The notes under the pieces are model-generated. The model worked only from the letters and a program-made list of their open reading frames with translations. It searched no databases and was not told where the DNA came from. This document shows positions 19,187 through 28,180 of a DNA stretch of 32,000 bases, in pieces (positions within the stretch are counted from its first letter, which is position 1; the number at the start of each line of letters is the position of its first letter). The translations under genes and the position numbers were made by a program. Origin of the DNA: a metagenome. The DNA is taken from the sequence record k141_3637307; one strand, written 5' to 3'.

Positions 19187-20263
19187 TCAAAACGTCGGCG
19201 CCACGGTGGATTCCTCGGTGAAGACGCCCTGTTCCATCGCCACCTCCAATTCTCTGAACGCCAACACGCGTCGCGCGGATTCCTTAAACGTGCGCGCGAC
19301 CCAATCATCCTCGTCGTCTCGCAAATCAAACATCATCTTTTCGTACAGTTTGATTAGAAGCCACACGTCCAACGCGGCGTATCGTCGAACGTCGTCCGTC
19401 ATCGGTCTCTCGGCCCAGAGCGTGGATTCCTCCGCCGCGTACAATTGCTTCACTCGAACCTTTAAATCCGCCGCCACCGCGGTTTCGACGCTCGTTAGAT
19501 AGGTTCCCGTGCACTTGGCGATGCCTGAGACGCGATCGATCATCTTCCCGAGTGATCGTCGCGTCGCCACGTCGAGCACCTGCGCGTCCATGACGTTTTC
19601 CAGGCGCACGTCGAATTGGTGAAACAACGCGTCCGAGTCCATGCGACAATCAAACATGAGCTTGATGGGGGCATCTTTCGATTCCAGGACGTCGCGAACG
19701 CCCCCGGCGCCTCGATCACCGAAACACGCCTTGCCGAGCGATTGCACGTCGAGTAAATACAATCTATCGCGCGTGCCGCACTGCAACACCGTCACCGGTC
19801 CCGTGCGAGACATTCGCACGCCTTCGCAATCCACCGCGATGTACTCGGCCTGTTTCAACGCCTCCACGCACGGTTGAAGCTCGGCGTCGACGTTCGACGC
19901 GTCGATCACCACGCACGTCGCGTCTAAATGCGCTAAAATCTCCGCACACTGCGGATCCGTCCTCGGGTTGAGCGTCGGCGCCTTTTTCTTTTTTCGCTTC
20001 TTCTTCCCGCCGCCGCCTCCACCCTTGGCCGCGGATTTCACGCGGGCAGCCTCGACGAAGGCATCATCACACTCGCCCATCGCGACGTCGTTCGAGCGTT
20101 TAAACCCGATGAACGCGCCGTCGTCGTCCGTCTCGAGCGTCTCGGCGTCGTCCCGCGTCGAGCCGGCGGCTCGACATTGCTTACAAAACCGCGGCGAGCA
20201 GCCCGTGTACCGCTTATACGCGGTCCCACACGTCGCGCACGTCAAACGAGACTTATTTCCCAT
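19187..20263 (-). CDS. DEDDy 3'-5' exonuclease domain protein (WRN-exo/Mut-7/RNase D-like) with an N-terminal Cys4 zinc-ribbon-like motif
   Basis: Exo I IAVDCEG, Exo II LMFDCRMDSDALF, Exo III YAALDVWLL. N-terminal CATCGTAYKRYTGCSPRFCKQC. I prefer the ATG at 20263 (MGNKSRL). An upstream in-frame ATG at 20443 would add 60 R/A/S-rich residues, possibly a targeting peptide. Confidence 0.75.
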   Translation of the reverse strand: MGNKSRLTCATCGTAYKRYTGCSPRFCKQCRAAGSTRDDAETLETDDDGAFIGFKRSNDVAMGECDDAFVEAARVKSAAKGGGGGGKKKRKKKKAPTLNPRTDPQCAEILAHLDATCVVIDASNVDAELQPCVEALKQAEYIAVDCEGVRMSRTGPVTVLQCGTRDRLYLLDVQSLGKACFGDRGAGGVRDVLESKDAPIKLMFDCRMDSDALFHQFDVRLENVMDAQVLDVATRRSLGKMIDRVSGIAKCTGTYLTSVETAVAADLKVRVKQLYAAEESTLWAERPMTDDVRRYAALDVWLLIKLYEKMMFDLRDDEDDWVARTFKESARRVLAFRELEVAMEQGVFTEESTVAPTF

Positions 20264-20544
20264 GGTTTCCACGTACGAGCGCGCTCCCGAACGCGCGTTC
20301 GCGCCCCCGAACACGCGCGAAACGACGAAGAATGCGCGCGTCCCCGAACGACCGTTCCCACGCGCGTTCGCGCCTCTCGACGACGGCGGACACGCGCGCG
20401 AGACGACCGCGCCGACGCACGCGAGCGAACCGTTCGCGTGCATGCACCGATCGCGCGCGCGGTCGACGTCGAGCGCGTCGACGCCTCGCAGTGCGGTTCA
20501 AGCTCGAGGTCGGCGGCGAGCCGACAGTGAACGCGACGCTGCGC

Positions 20545-21528
20545 TCACTCTCCCGGAGGGGACGTTCGACACCGTGCGCTCGTCATCTCGCACCCCGGAT
20601 ACAACGCCCGCACGCTGGACACGCCTACGTCTGGATAACACGCGCACCGACTCACGATGGTCGTCTCGACGTCGTCGTCCTCCGCGTCAACGCGTTCGCG
20701 AACGGTTTCGTTTCGAGGAAACCTCGGCGCGCCGTCCGAGTCGGCGTCGCACCACACGAATCCACCGTCCGCCTCCGACCACGAGCTGCTACAATCCGGA
20801 AACATCAACGCGCGCTCGCGTCGACGCGCGGCGCTCGCCTCGTGCGCGGCGATTTTTCGTTTCACACGCGCGAGCGTCTCCGTCTCTCGCCCGTCGGCGT
20901 CGTAAAATCGACCCCCAGCGACGACGCCGACGTATTCGTATTTATCCCGCATGAACGTCGCCCACGAGCGCACCCCGGCGAGTTGCGCCCCGGTCAATCC
21001 CTCGACGTCGTCCACGCACCCGCGAGGCGTGAAATCGCCCGTAGTGAAGGCTCGACTGGCGTCTCGGCCCGGGAAACACGACGCGTAATCGCCCTCGTCG
21101 CCGACGTAATATTCCGCACCCAGCGTCACGTCGAAACACTCTCCCAACACCGCCAACCACACGCGTCGATACGGATTGAGCAATTTCGAATTCGCCGCGC
21201 GAGGGTACGCTCGAATCACGCGCGCGAGCGCGCCCCCCGTCACCGTCTTGGTCGCCAAGAGCGCCGGGGACACCGTCGCGACGCCGTCTCGACCCTCCGG
21301 GCGCGCCACCCACCTCGCGCGCGCGCCGACGACGCACGCGACGACACACGCGACGCACGCGCCCACCGCGCGCCTCGTCGTCGCGCGCGTCGCGTCGTCG
21401 CGCGCGCGCCGACCGTCGTTCCCGTTCGAGCGCCCACTCGTCCCGACGCGTCCCGCGTCCCTCTCGCGCGTCGTCGTCGCGTTCTCGCCTCTCTCTCGCG
21501 CGCGACTCGTCGTCCGCGTCTCCCGCAT
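20545..21528 (-). CDS. Cytochrome b5-like heme/steroid-binding (MAPR, neuferricin-like) membrane protein
   Basis: RVWLAVLGECFDVTLGAEYYVGDEGDYASCFPGRDASRAFTTGDFT...VGVVAGGRFYD matches the MAPR/neuferricin-type cyt-b5 fold. N-terminal hydrophobic AVGACVACVVACVVGA. Cys-containing C-terminal tail. The track start at 21567 is GTG; the first ATG is at 21528. Confidence 0.7.
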   Translation of the reverse strand: MRETRTTSRARERGENATTTRERDAGRVGTSGRSNGNDGRRARDDATRATTRRAVGACVACVVACVVGARARWVARPEGRDGVATVSPALLATKTVTGGALARVIRAYPRAANSKLLNPYRRVWLAVLGECFDVTLGAEYYVGDEGDYASCFPGRDASRAFTTGDFTPRGCVDDVEGLTGAQLAGVRSWATFMRDKYEYVGVVAGGRFYDADGRETETLARVKRKIAAHEASAARRRERALMFPDCSSSWSEADGGFVWCDADSDGAPRFPRNETVRERVDAEDDDVETTIVSRCACYPDVGVSSVRALYPGCEMTSARCRTSPPGE

Positions 21529-21695
21529 CGCTCTCCGCGTCGTTCGGACGCGCGCGCGCGCGTCCACGACGCGCTCTCTCGACGATGCCGTTCGCCTGGC
21601 TGTCGCGCCAACATTTCAAAAATTCGCATCGTCAGATCCCGACGCGCGCGTCCGCGGCGCTCGACCGCTCGAGCCACCGCCACCGCGCGCGCGAG

Positions 21696-23273
21696 ATGTT
21701 TCGATTAAAATCTCGAAGCGTCCTCTGCACGCCGTCGAGCGGGTTATCCCGCGCGCTCGGCGCGCTCCACGTCGACGACGATGAGAAATCCTCGGCGCGC
21801 GACGATGACGACGACGTCGTCCTCGACGACGCGCGCGACGACCGCGCCGACGACCGCGCCGACGTCGACGACGAGTGTCACGGTTTCGCACTTCGCGCCG
21901 GCGCGCACGATCGCGCGTCGGCGTTCGACACGGACGGCGCGCGAATCAATTCCACCGCGGGCCCGCGTCGAGACGGCGTCGACGCGTCGGGCGGCGCGCC
22001 GTCGACGACCACCCTCTCGGCGTCCCTGAACAGTCAAGAATTCGGTGGACCGGATTTCATCACCCCCGCGGACGCGCAGTTCGACGCGTACGGGGCGTAC
22101 GGCGAGGACGGGGCGATGAATAAAGAGAATTTTCGAGGCGCGCGGTCGCCGTGCGCGCTCTCGCCGACGAGACACAAGCGCCCGCGATTCGGGTTGGAGA
22201 TTCCGTCGCAGGGCGCGCTCGGGACGCAGGAGTGCGGCGCGAGTCAACCGTGGTCCCAACCGTCGCAATCACAGGGTGATTTTCGCGTGCCGAGAAACCG
22301 CGAACCGACGCGCGCGTCGACGTCGAGACATCATCGGTTGCCTCGCGCGGCGACGTCGCCGCCGTGCGCGCGAAACGTCTTTCTGCCGCCCGACGAACAA
22401 CCCCCCGAAACGAGCGCGCACGGGCGTCCGTTCAACTGCACGAGCGCGGCGCAGTTAGCCACGATGTCGAGGTTTCGCGCCGATTTCGTAGATTTAGGAT
22501 GCATCGCGCGCGGTGGGTTTTCCAAGGTGCACCGCGTCGTCGGTCGATTGGACGGGAGACGCTACGCGGTGAAGCGCACGGATACAAAGTTGACGACGGA
22601 GCGCGAAAAGAAGGATGCCTTGCGCGAGGTGCACGTCCTCGCGAGTCTCGTGACGTGCGCGGACGTCGTGCGGTACCACTCGGCGTGGTGGGAAAACGAT
22701 CATCTGTACATACAGATGGAATTATGCGATCGAGGATGCGCGGCGGCTTTCGTCGCCGGAGACGCGCGCATGGACGAAGCCGCCCTCGCGCGATGTCTTC
22801 GCGACGTCGCCAACGCCCTCGCGTTCGCGCACGATCGAGGCATCGCGCACATGGACGTCAAACCGGATAACATCTTCATCCACGGCGACGGATCGCATAA
22901 ACTCGGGGATTGGGGTCGATGCGTCGCGCTCGCCGCGCGCGAGAGACGCGGCGCCGCCGTCGACGAGGGCGACGCCCGCTACCTCCCGCTCGAACTCCTC
23001 AACGACGATTTCTCCGCTCTCGATCGCGCCGACGTCTTCTCCCTCGGCGTCTCTCTGTACGAGCTCGCCACCGCCGTCCCTTTACCATCCTCGGGCGAGG
23101 ACTACCGCGCCTTACGTCGAGGCGTCGTCGACGCGCGCGCCGACGTCTCGCCCTTTCTCCGCGCCGTCGTCGTCGCGTGCGCGTCACCGACGCCCGCGGC
23201 GCGACCGTCCGCGCGCGAGCTCGTCACCACCGCCTCCGCGCGCGTCCACCAACTCGCGTCGACGACGACGTGA
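21696..23273 (+). CDS. WEE1: WEE1-family protein kinase
   Basis: GGFSKVHRVV...YAVKR (subdomains I-II), IAHMDVKPDNIFI (catalytic loop), KLGDWGRCV in place of DFG (WEE1-like GDLG), EGDARYLPLELLNDDFSALDRADVFSLG. I prefer the ATG at 21696 (MFRLKSRS). The ATG at 21585 would come within 60 nt of the divergent neighbour's start. Confidence 0.85.
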   Translation: MFRLKSRSVLCTPSSGLSRALGALHVDDDEKSSARDDDDDVVLDDARDDRADDRADVDDECHGFALRAGAHDRASAFDTDGARINSTAGPRRDGVDASGGAPSTTTLSASLNSQEFGGPDFITPADAQFDAYGAYGEDGAMNKENFRGARSPCALSPTRHKRPRFGLEIPSQGALGTQECGASQPWSQPSQSQGDFRVPRNREPTRASTSRHHRLPRAATSPPCARNVFLPPDEQPPETSAHGRPFNCTSAAQLATMSRFRADFVDLGCIARGGFSKVHRVVGRLDGRRYAVKRTDTKLTTEREKKDALREVHVLASLVTCADVVRYHSAWWENDHLYIQMELCDRGCAAAFVAGDARMDEAALARCLRDVANALAFAHDRGIAHMDVKPDNIFIHGDGSHKLGDWGRCVALAARERRGAAVDEGDARYLPLELLNDDFSALDRADVFSLGVSLYELATAVPLPSSGEDYRALRRGVVDARADVSPFLRAVVVACASPTPAARPSARELVTTASARVHQLASTTT

Positions 23274-23581
23274 TCGACGACGACGGACGGTGTCCGCGCG
23301 TCGCGTCTCGCCGCGTCGCGTCTCGCGCGCGCGCGCCTCGCCGGCAGGCCCCCTGTCCGTCCCGACCGTCCGCGTCCCCGAGACGAGTCATGATTGGTGA
23401 AATCGTTGATGTAATCACGAATGCATGTATGCATGCACGCGCGCGCGTCACTCGACGTCGACTCGACGGACCGCGCGACTCGATCGAGACGAACGAGCGA
23501 CGCGATCGAGACGACGACCGAACGGCGCGTCGATACGAATACCGATCTCGATCTCGATCGATCGATTGTGCGCCCTTGACG

Positions 23582-23607
23582 TTGATTGATTGATTGATTG
23601 ATTGATT
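23582..23607. repeat. (TTGA)6 tetranucleotide microsatellite
   Basis: Six perfect units plus tt, read directly. The array ends 17 nt upstream of the aminomethyltransferase ATG at 23625. Confidence 0.95.
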
Positions 23608-23624
23608 CATCTTCACCAACCGAC

Positions 23625-24896
23625 ATGTTGGCGCGTGTGGTTCGACGCGCGGTGGACGACGCGCGACGACGCGCGATGACGACGACGTCGATGATGGTGA
23701 TGCGACGCGCGACGGTGGCGCCGACGGGGACGGTGGTGGCGACGCGGACGTACGCGGACGTGAGTCACCTGAAGCGCACGCCCCTGTACGAGACGCACGT
23801 GGCGCGAGGCGGGAAGATGGTTGATTTCGCGGGGTACGCGCTGCCGATTCAGTACACGGATTCCATCATGGAGGCGACGCAGCACTGTCGAACGAACGCG
23901 TCGTTGTTCGACGTGTCGCACATGTTGGGGTCGTCCATTCGAGGGAGGGACGCGACGAAATTTTTAGAGTCGCTCGTCGTCGCCGATTTGAAGGGGCTCA
24001 AGGATGGTACGGGGACGCTGAGCGTCATGACGAATGAACGCGGTGGTATCATCGATGATACGGTGATCACCAAGGTGAACGAAAACGATTATTACGTCGT
24101 GTTGAACGCCGGGTGCGCGGAGAAGGATCAGGCGCACATCAACGCGGCGTTGGCCAAGGCCAAGGCGAACGGGATGGATGTCGATTTCATCGTGCACTCC
24201 GATCGCTCCCTCTTGGCGTTCCAAGGACCGAAGGCTATGGAGGTGTTGCAACGCGTGACGGACTTTGATCTGTCCAAGTTGTACTTTGGCATGTTTACAT
24301 CCATGAAGGTGAACGGGGGCGACGTGTGGGTGACGAGAACGGGGTACACCGGGGAGGATGGATTTGAAATTTCCGTCCCGAACGCCGACGCCGTGGCGCT
24401 CGCCGAAAAGTTGGAGTCGTACGACGAGGTGCGCTTCGCCGCGCTCGGACCGAGAGATTCTCTCCGTCTCGAGGCTGGTTTGTGTCTGTACGGCAACGAC
24501 CTCAACGAGGACATCACCCCGCCCGAGGCTGGATTGACGTGGACGATCGGCAAGGCGCGTCGCGAACTGTGCGATTTCACGGGAGGCGACATCATCAAGA
24601 AGCAACTCGAAGATCCGAAATCCATTCCGCGCAGACGCATCGGTCTCACGTTTACGGGCAAGGGCGCTCCCGCGCGTCAACACTCGCTCATCCTCGACGC
24701 CGACGGCAATCAAATCGGCGAAGTCACGTCGGGCGGCTTCTCCCCGGTCTTACAGAAAAACATCGCCATGGGCTACGTCGACAAGGCGTTCGCCAAGGCT
24801 GGCACGGAGATGATGGTCGAGACGCGAGGCAAGCGCACGCCCGCCGTCGCGACGAAGATGCCCTTCATCAACACCACCTACTACCGCCCCGAGTGA
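23625..24896 (+). CDS. AMT: Aminomethyltransferase (glycine cleavage system T protein), organelle-targeted
   Basis: LKRTPLYETHVARGGKMVDFAGYALPIQY, SLFDVSHM, RTGYTGEDGFEIS, ARDSLRLEAGLCLYGNDL. Full-length GcvT-like sequence with an R/A/T-rich presequence. The track start at 23598 is TTG; the first ATG is at 23625. Confidence 0.9.
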   Translation: MLARVVRRAVDDARRRAMTTTSMMVMRRATVAPTGTVVATRTYADVSHLKRTPLYETHVARGGKMVDFAGYALPIQYTDSIMEATQHCRTNASLFDVSHMLGSSIRGRDATKFLESLVVADLKGLKDGTGTLSVMTNERGGIIDDTVITKVNENDYYVVLNAGCAEKDQAHINAALAKAKANGMDVDFIVHSDRSLLAFQGPKAMEVLQRVTDFDLSKLYFGMFTSMKVNGGDVWVTRTGYTGEDGFEISVPNADAVALAEKLESYDEVRFAALGPRDSLRLEAGLCLYGNDLNEDITPPEAGLTWTIGKARRELCDFTGGDIIKKQLEDPKSIPRRRIGLTFTGKGAPARQHSLILDADGNQIGEVTSGGFSPVLQKNIAMGYVDKAFAKAGTEMMVETRGKRTPAVATKMPFINTTYYRPE

Positions 24897-25080
24897 GCGA
24901 CGTGACGCGCACACGACGCGCGTTCGACGATGATTTCTTCGTTCGATGATTTCTTCTTTATTGTTTTATTTTCTACGCGCGCCTACGAAAACCATCAGGT
25001 TTGTAATCGAAAAGACGCCGCGCGCTCGCTCCGCGCGCGGCGTCGCGGTCTCTGCAACTTTCTCCTCTTCGCCCACCGAG

Positions 25081-25100
25081 GGGACTCATTCTTGAGTCCC
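25081..25100. other. Perfect 8-bp stem / 4-nt loop inverted repeat (GGGACTCA ttct TGAGTCCC)
   Basis: Read directly. It lies 185 nt after the AMT stop and 86 nt before the RecA ATG. Function unknown. Confidence 0.4.
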
Positions 25101-25185
25101 GACCCTCGAAGTAGGAGAGTTCCCGCCAAAATTGAATTCAAAGATCGACCGGTGCGCGCGCGCGCGTGACGGCACTCGCGAACGC

Positions 25186-26550
25186 ATGCTGAGACGAGCG
25201 ATCGCTCGAGCGTTCACGTCCTCGAGTGTGCGTACCGTTTCGAGCCTCGCGCGCGCGAGAGACCCCACGTCGACGACGACGACGACGACGACGACGATGC
25301 AATCCACGCTGATGAAGATGACGACGACGACGACGCGCGCGCGCGCGGTTCGCGCGACGGGTGCGCCGCGCGCGTACGCGTCGAAGAGCAGCGCGCGCGT
25401 CGTTCGCGCGGCCGCGGCCAAGGGCGACGCGAAGAGCGACGCGAGCGCGGCGGATGCGAAGAAGAAGGCGTTGGCGCGCGTCTTGGATGAGATCGACAGC
25501 AATTTCGGCGCCGGCGCCATCATGCGCTTGGGCGAGGCGGGGAAGGCGAAGGTGGCGACGTTTCCGTCCGGATCGATGACGCTTGATATCGCGTTGGGCG
25601 GTGGATTGCCGCGAGGGCGCATCGTGGAGGTGTACGGACCGGAATCGTCCGGTAAGACGACGCTCGCGTTGCACGCCATGGCGGAGATGCAAAAGCTCGG
25701 AGGCACGGTGGCGATGATCGACGCCGAGCACGCGTTCGATCCGGAGTACAGCCAACGACTGGGGTTGAACGTCGATGATGTCATCGTGTGCCAACCGGAG
25801 ACGGGCGAGATGGCGCTCGAGGTCGTGGACACGCTCGTGCGATCCTCGGCGGTTGATTTGATTTGCGTCGACTCGGTCGCCGCGCTCGTGCCGAGAAGCG
25901 AGATTGAAGGCGAGATCGGTATGGTGCAAGTCGGCGCGCACGCGCGTTTGATGTCCCAGGCGTTGCGTAAGATTAACGTCAACGCCGCCAAGGCTGGGAC
26001 GACGATCATCTTCCTGAACCAGTTGCGTTCCAAGGTCGGCGTCATCTACGGGAGCCCGGAGGTGACCACCGGCGGGAACGCACTCAAGTACTACTCGAGC
26101 GTGCGTCTCGACATTCGACGCAAGGAAGTCATCAAGGGCAAGGCTGGTGAAGACGACACCGGCGTGCGCTGTAAGGTGAAGGTGGCGAAGAACAAGGTGG
26201 CGCCGCCGTACAAGATTGCCGAGTTCGACATGTTGTTCGGCCGAGGCATCTCCCAAGACGGGTGCATGCTCGACGCCGGCGAACAAGTCGGCGCCATCGA
26301 GCGCAAGGGTGCGTGGTACTACTTCAACGGCGAAAAGCTCGGCCAAGGTCGCGAGAAGGCGATCGCGTTCATGAATGAAAATGCGGACATCAAGGAAGCC
26401 ATCGAAAAGGACACGCGCGCGCGACTCGCCGAAAAGATGGGCGCCATCACCGGTAAGAGCGTCGCCCAAGTCGAGACGGTGGAGACGGAGGACGACGAAG
26501 CGTTCTTCGGCGACGATGAAGAAGAAGTCATCGCCGCCGAGGCGCGATAA
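25186..26550 (+). CDS. RECA: RecA recombinase, organellar (bacterial-type) with N-terminal presequence
   Basis: [43 protein letters not shown] (Walker A), [74 protein letters not shown]. The track start at 25132 is TTG; the first ATG is at 25186. Poly-Thr tracts are encoded by (CGA)9 at 25271-25297 and (ACG)5 at 25321-25335. Confidence 0.9.
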   Translation: MLRRAIARAFTSSSVRTVSSLARARDPTSTTTTTTTTMQSTLMKMTTTTTRARAVRATGAPRAYASKSSARVVRAAAAKGDAKSDASAADAKKKALARVLDEIDSNFGAGAIMRLGEAGKAKVATFPSGSMTLDIALGGGLPRGRIVEVYGPESSGKTTLALHAMAEMQKLGGTVAMIDAEHAFDPEYSQRLGLNVDDVIVCQPETGEMALEVVDTLVRSSAVDLICVDSVAALVPRSEIEGEIGMVQVGAHARLMSQALRKINVNAAKAGTTIIFLNQLRSKVGVIYGSPEVTTGGNALKYYSSVRLDIRRKEVIKGKAGEDDTGVRCKVKVAKNKVAPPYKIAEFDMLFGRGISQDGCMLDAGEQVGAIERKGAWYYFNGEKLGQGREKAIAFMNENADIKEAIEKDTRARLAEKMGAITGKSVAQVETVETEDDEAFFGDDEEEVIAAEAR

Positions 26551-26624
26551 ATGAGAGCACACACCTTGCGCTGTAACTAATACTCGAGTCTTCATTTTTC
26601 AAACTCTACCGAACCTGAACCTAC

Positions 26625-27815
26625 CTAGTGTCTAATGAATCGATCTTCATCCGCGCCCTCGTCGAACACGTTTCGTCCGAGCATCACGCGTGATTCCAAC
26701 GCCTTGTCCGCGCGCTTCTTGCGTCGCGCGTCGAACGCGTCCCAGCCGTCGCGCGTTCTGAGCGACTCGAGCGTGAGCGGGTTGTCGCGCAGCGACAACT
26801 CCGCCAACGCCGTCGCGTCGCGAAGAAGCGCGATGGGGACACCGTCGGCGTCGATGGAGTTCCCCGAGACGTCGAGACTTCGTAAATGCGCGAGTTTTGC
26901 GTACGAGTCGGGGATTCGACGAACGTGCTTGTTCCGACTCGCGTCGACGATTTCGAGCTCTTCGTTCTCGTCGAACGACGGCAACGCCTCCAGCGCGTTC
27001 TCTGCGATCGAAACGTGACGCAATTTCCGTAACGATCGGAAAAACGTCTCCGGTAAGCGTTTCGACAAACCGCACCGCGCCAAAGACAGCGTGCGAAGCG
27101 ACGCGCACGCGAGCGACGCGTCCGCGGGCACGGAGTCGACGCGGTTTCCCGACAAGTCCAAAAACGTCAACGCGCGCAGCGACGCGAAACTCGACCAAGG
27201 TACGCCGTCGGCGCGCAGCGCGTTATCTCGAAGCGTCAATCGCGTGAGATTGGACAATCGCGCGATTTTTGGGGGCACGCGCGTCAACGCGTTCCCCGCG
27301 GCGTCGACGACTCGGACGCGTTCGCCGAGTTCGAACACCGCGTCGTCAATCTCCGTCGCCCCCATGCCTCGCAAGCCCACGATCCCCGTCGACGCCCACG
27401 CCGATTTTCGAGCATCGATCGACGACGCGTTCGATCGCGCCGCCGTCGCCTCTCGTCTCGCCTCTTCTCTCGCCGCTTTTTCCGCGCGAGCCGCGCGCAA
27501 CGCCTCCACGCCTCTCGAAGCGCCGCCCGCGACGGACCTCTTCTCTCCGACTCCAGCCGCCGCCACCACCATCATCATCTTCAACCTCCCGTGTCGACTC
27601 TTATTCCTCAACAGAGCGCCGAAATCAAACGCGACGTCGTCGCCGGCGACGCGCACGCCGCCCGAGCTCAAAAACGTCGCGCGAGACGCGCTCGTCGAAC
27701 CTGTCCCGAACGCCTCTCTCACTCTCTCCACGAACGTCTCGAACCGTTCCGTCTCCGCGCACTCGAACGCGCGCGTCTCTCCGTCGTGTTTCACCTCCAC
27801 CACCACCGTCGTCAT
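26625..27815 (-). CDS. Leucine-rich-repeat protein with an N-terminal ubiquitin-like (beta-grasp) segment
   Basis: True ATG (cat at 27813-27815). N-terminus MTTVVVEVKHDGETRAFECAETERFETFVERVREAFG is Ubl-like. At least 6 LRRs follow, e.g. LSNLTRLTLRDNAL, LRALTFLDLSGNRVDSVP, LRTLSLARCGL, LRHVSIAENALEALP, LRSLDVSGNSI, LAELSLRDNPL. Confidence 0.75.
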   Translation of the reverse strand: MTTVVVEVKHDGETRAFECAETERFETFVERVREAFGTGSTSASRATFLSSGGVRVAGDDVAFDFGALLRNKSRHGRLKMMMVVAAAGVGEKRSVAGGASRGVEALRAARAEKAAREEARREATAARSNASSIDARKSAWASTGIVGLRGMGATEIDDAVFELGERVRVVDAAGNALTRVPPKIARLSNLTRLTLRDNALRADGVPWSSFASLRALTFLDLSGNRVDSVPADASLACASLRTLSLARCGLSKRLPETFFRSLRKLRHVSIAENALEALPSFDENEELEIVDASRNKHVRRIPDSYAKLAHLRSLDVSGNSIDADGVPIALLRDATALAELSLRDNPLTLESLRTRDGWDAFDARRKKRADKALESRVMLGRNVFDEGADEDRFIRH

Positions 27816-27818
27816 CGA

Positions 27819-28031
27819 TCACGTCGCCGCGCGCGCGGCCCGCTCCGAGTTGTCCCTCTTAAAGGCGACGCACGGATCGCACGTCTTTCCGTCCGGCACG
27901 TCGCACGCGCACGCCTTGCCGCACTCACACCGCGCGCACTTACAGTTGGCGTTCTCACACGCCTCGAGATCGCTCCGCGACGCCGCGAACGCGCGTTTCG
28001 CGTCGACGAGGTCGTCGGCGGGTTGGGCCAT
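27819..28031 (-). CDS. Candidate small Cys-rich (metallothionein-like) ORF immediately upstream of, and in frame with, the Ubl-LRR CDS
   Basis: ATG at 28031 (the track start at 28058 is GTG). 70 codons: MAQPADDLVDAKRAFAASRSDLEACENANCKCARCECGKACACDVPDGKTCDPCVAFKRDNSERAARAAT. Stop TGA at 27821-27819. Nine Cys fall within 27 residues in CxC/CxxC spacing. Third positions are roughly 85-90% G/C, like the flanking real genes. I cannot check homology here. Confidence 0.4.
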   Translation of the reverse strand: MAQPADDLVDAKRAFAASRSDLEACENANCKCARCECGKACACDVPDGKTCDPCVAFKRDNSERAARAAT

Positions 28032-28084
28032 GAATTCGCGGTGAAACACTGACGACACTCTTCGGTGTCCCGTCCGTGTTCGTC

Positions 28085-28180
28085 ATGGGCGCCGGCGCGA
28101 GCTCGTTAAACGTGGACGACGTCGCGAACATCGCGAAGACGCCGGTGGCGTACGCGCCGCCGTTGGGCGAACCGAGACCG
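28085..28180 (+). CDS. Putative exon 1 of the cyclophilin gene (MGAGASS... N-terminus)
   Basis: This is the only ATG that can supply a start for the cyclophilin frame. ORF 28076-28303 is in the same frame as 28352-29098 and is separated from it by one TGA (28301-28303). A phase-0 donor ccg|GTGCGC sits at 28181. The only AG in 28300-28376 is the acceptor cgcAG|gac at 28374-28375, preceded by a CTGAC branch-like site (28331-28335) and a T-rich tract. The donor choice is uncertain; other phase-0 GT sites are at 28112, 28121, 28145, 28202 and 28217. Confidence 0.35.

Noticed and set aside
20332-21708. 458-aa plus-strand ORF overlapping the cyt-b5-like gene and the WEE1 5' region
   Set aside because: It is Arg/Ala/Pro-rich and low-complexity, with no motifs. 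It is antisense to a minus-strand ORF that has a clear MAPR/cyt-b5 domain. This is a typical artefact of G/C-biased third positions removing stops on the opposite strand.
12756-26550. Reading helicase + MutS2 + 3'-5' exonuclease + RecA as a prokaryote-style defence or repair gene cluster
   Set aside because: The genes are interleaved with WEE1, a cyt-b5 protein and GcvT. They face different directions, have separate spacers and eukaryotic neighbours, and carry presequences. This is consistent with ordinary nuclear genes, not an operon.
25138-26595. 485-aa minus-strand ORF (also 25086-26045, 319 aa) covering the RecA locus
   Set aside because: The plus-strand frame gives an unmistakable full-length RecA. 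The antisense translations are R/H/L-rich with no recognisable domain.
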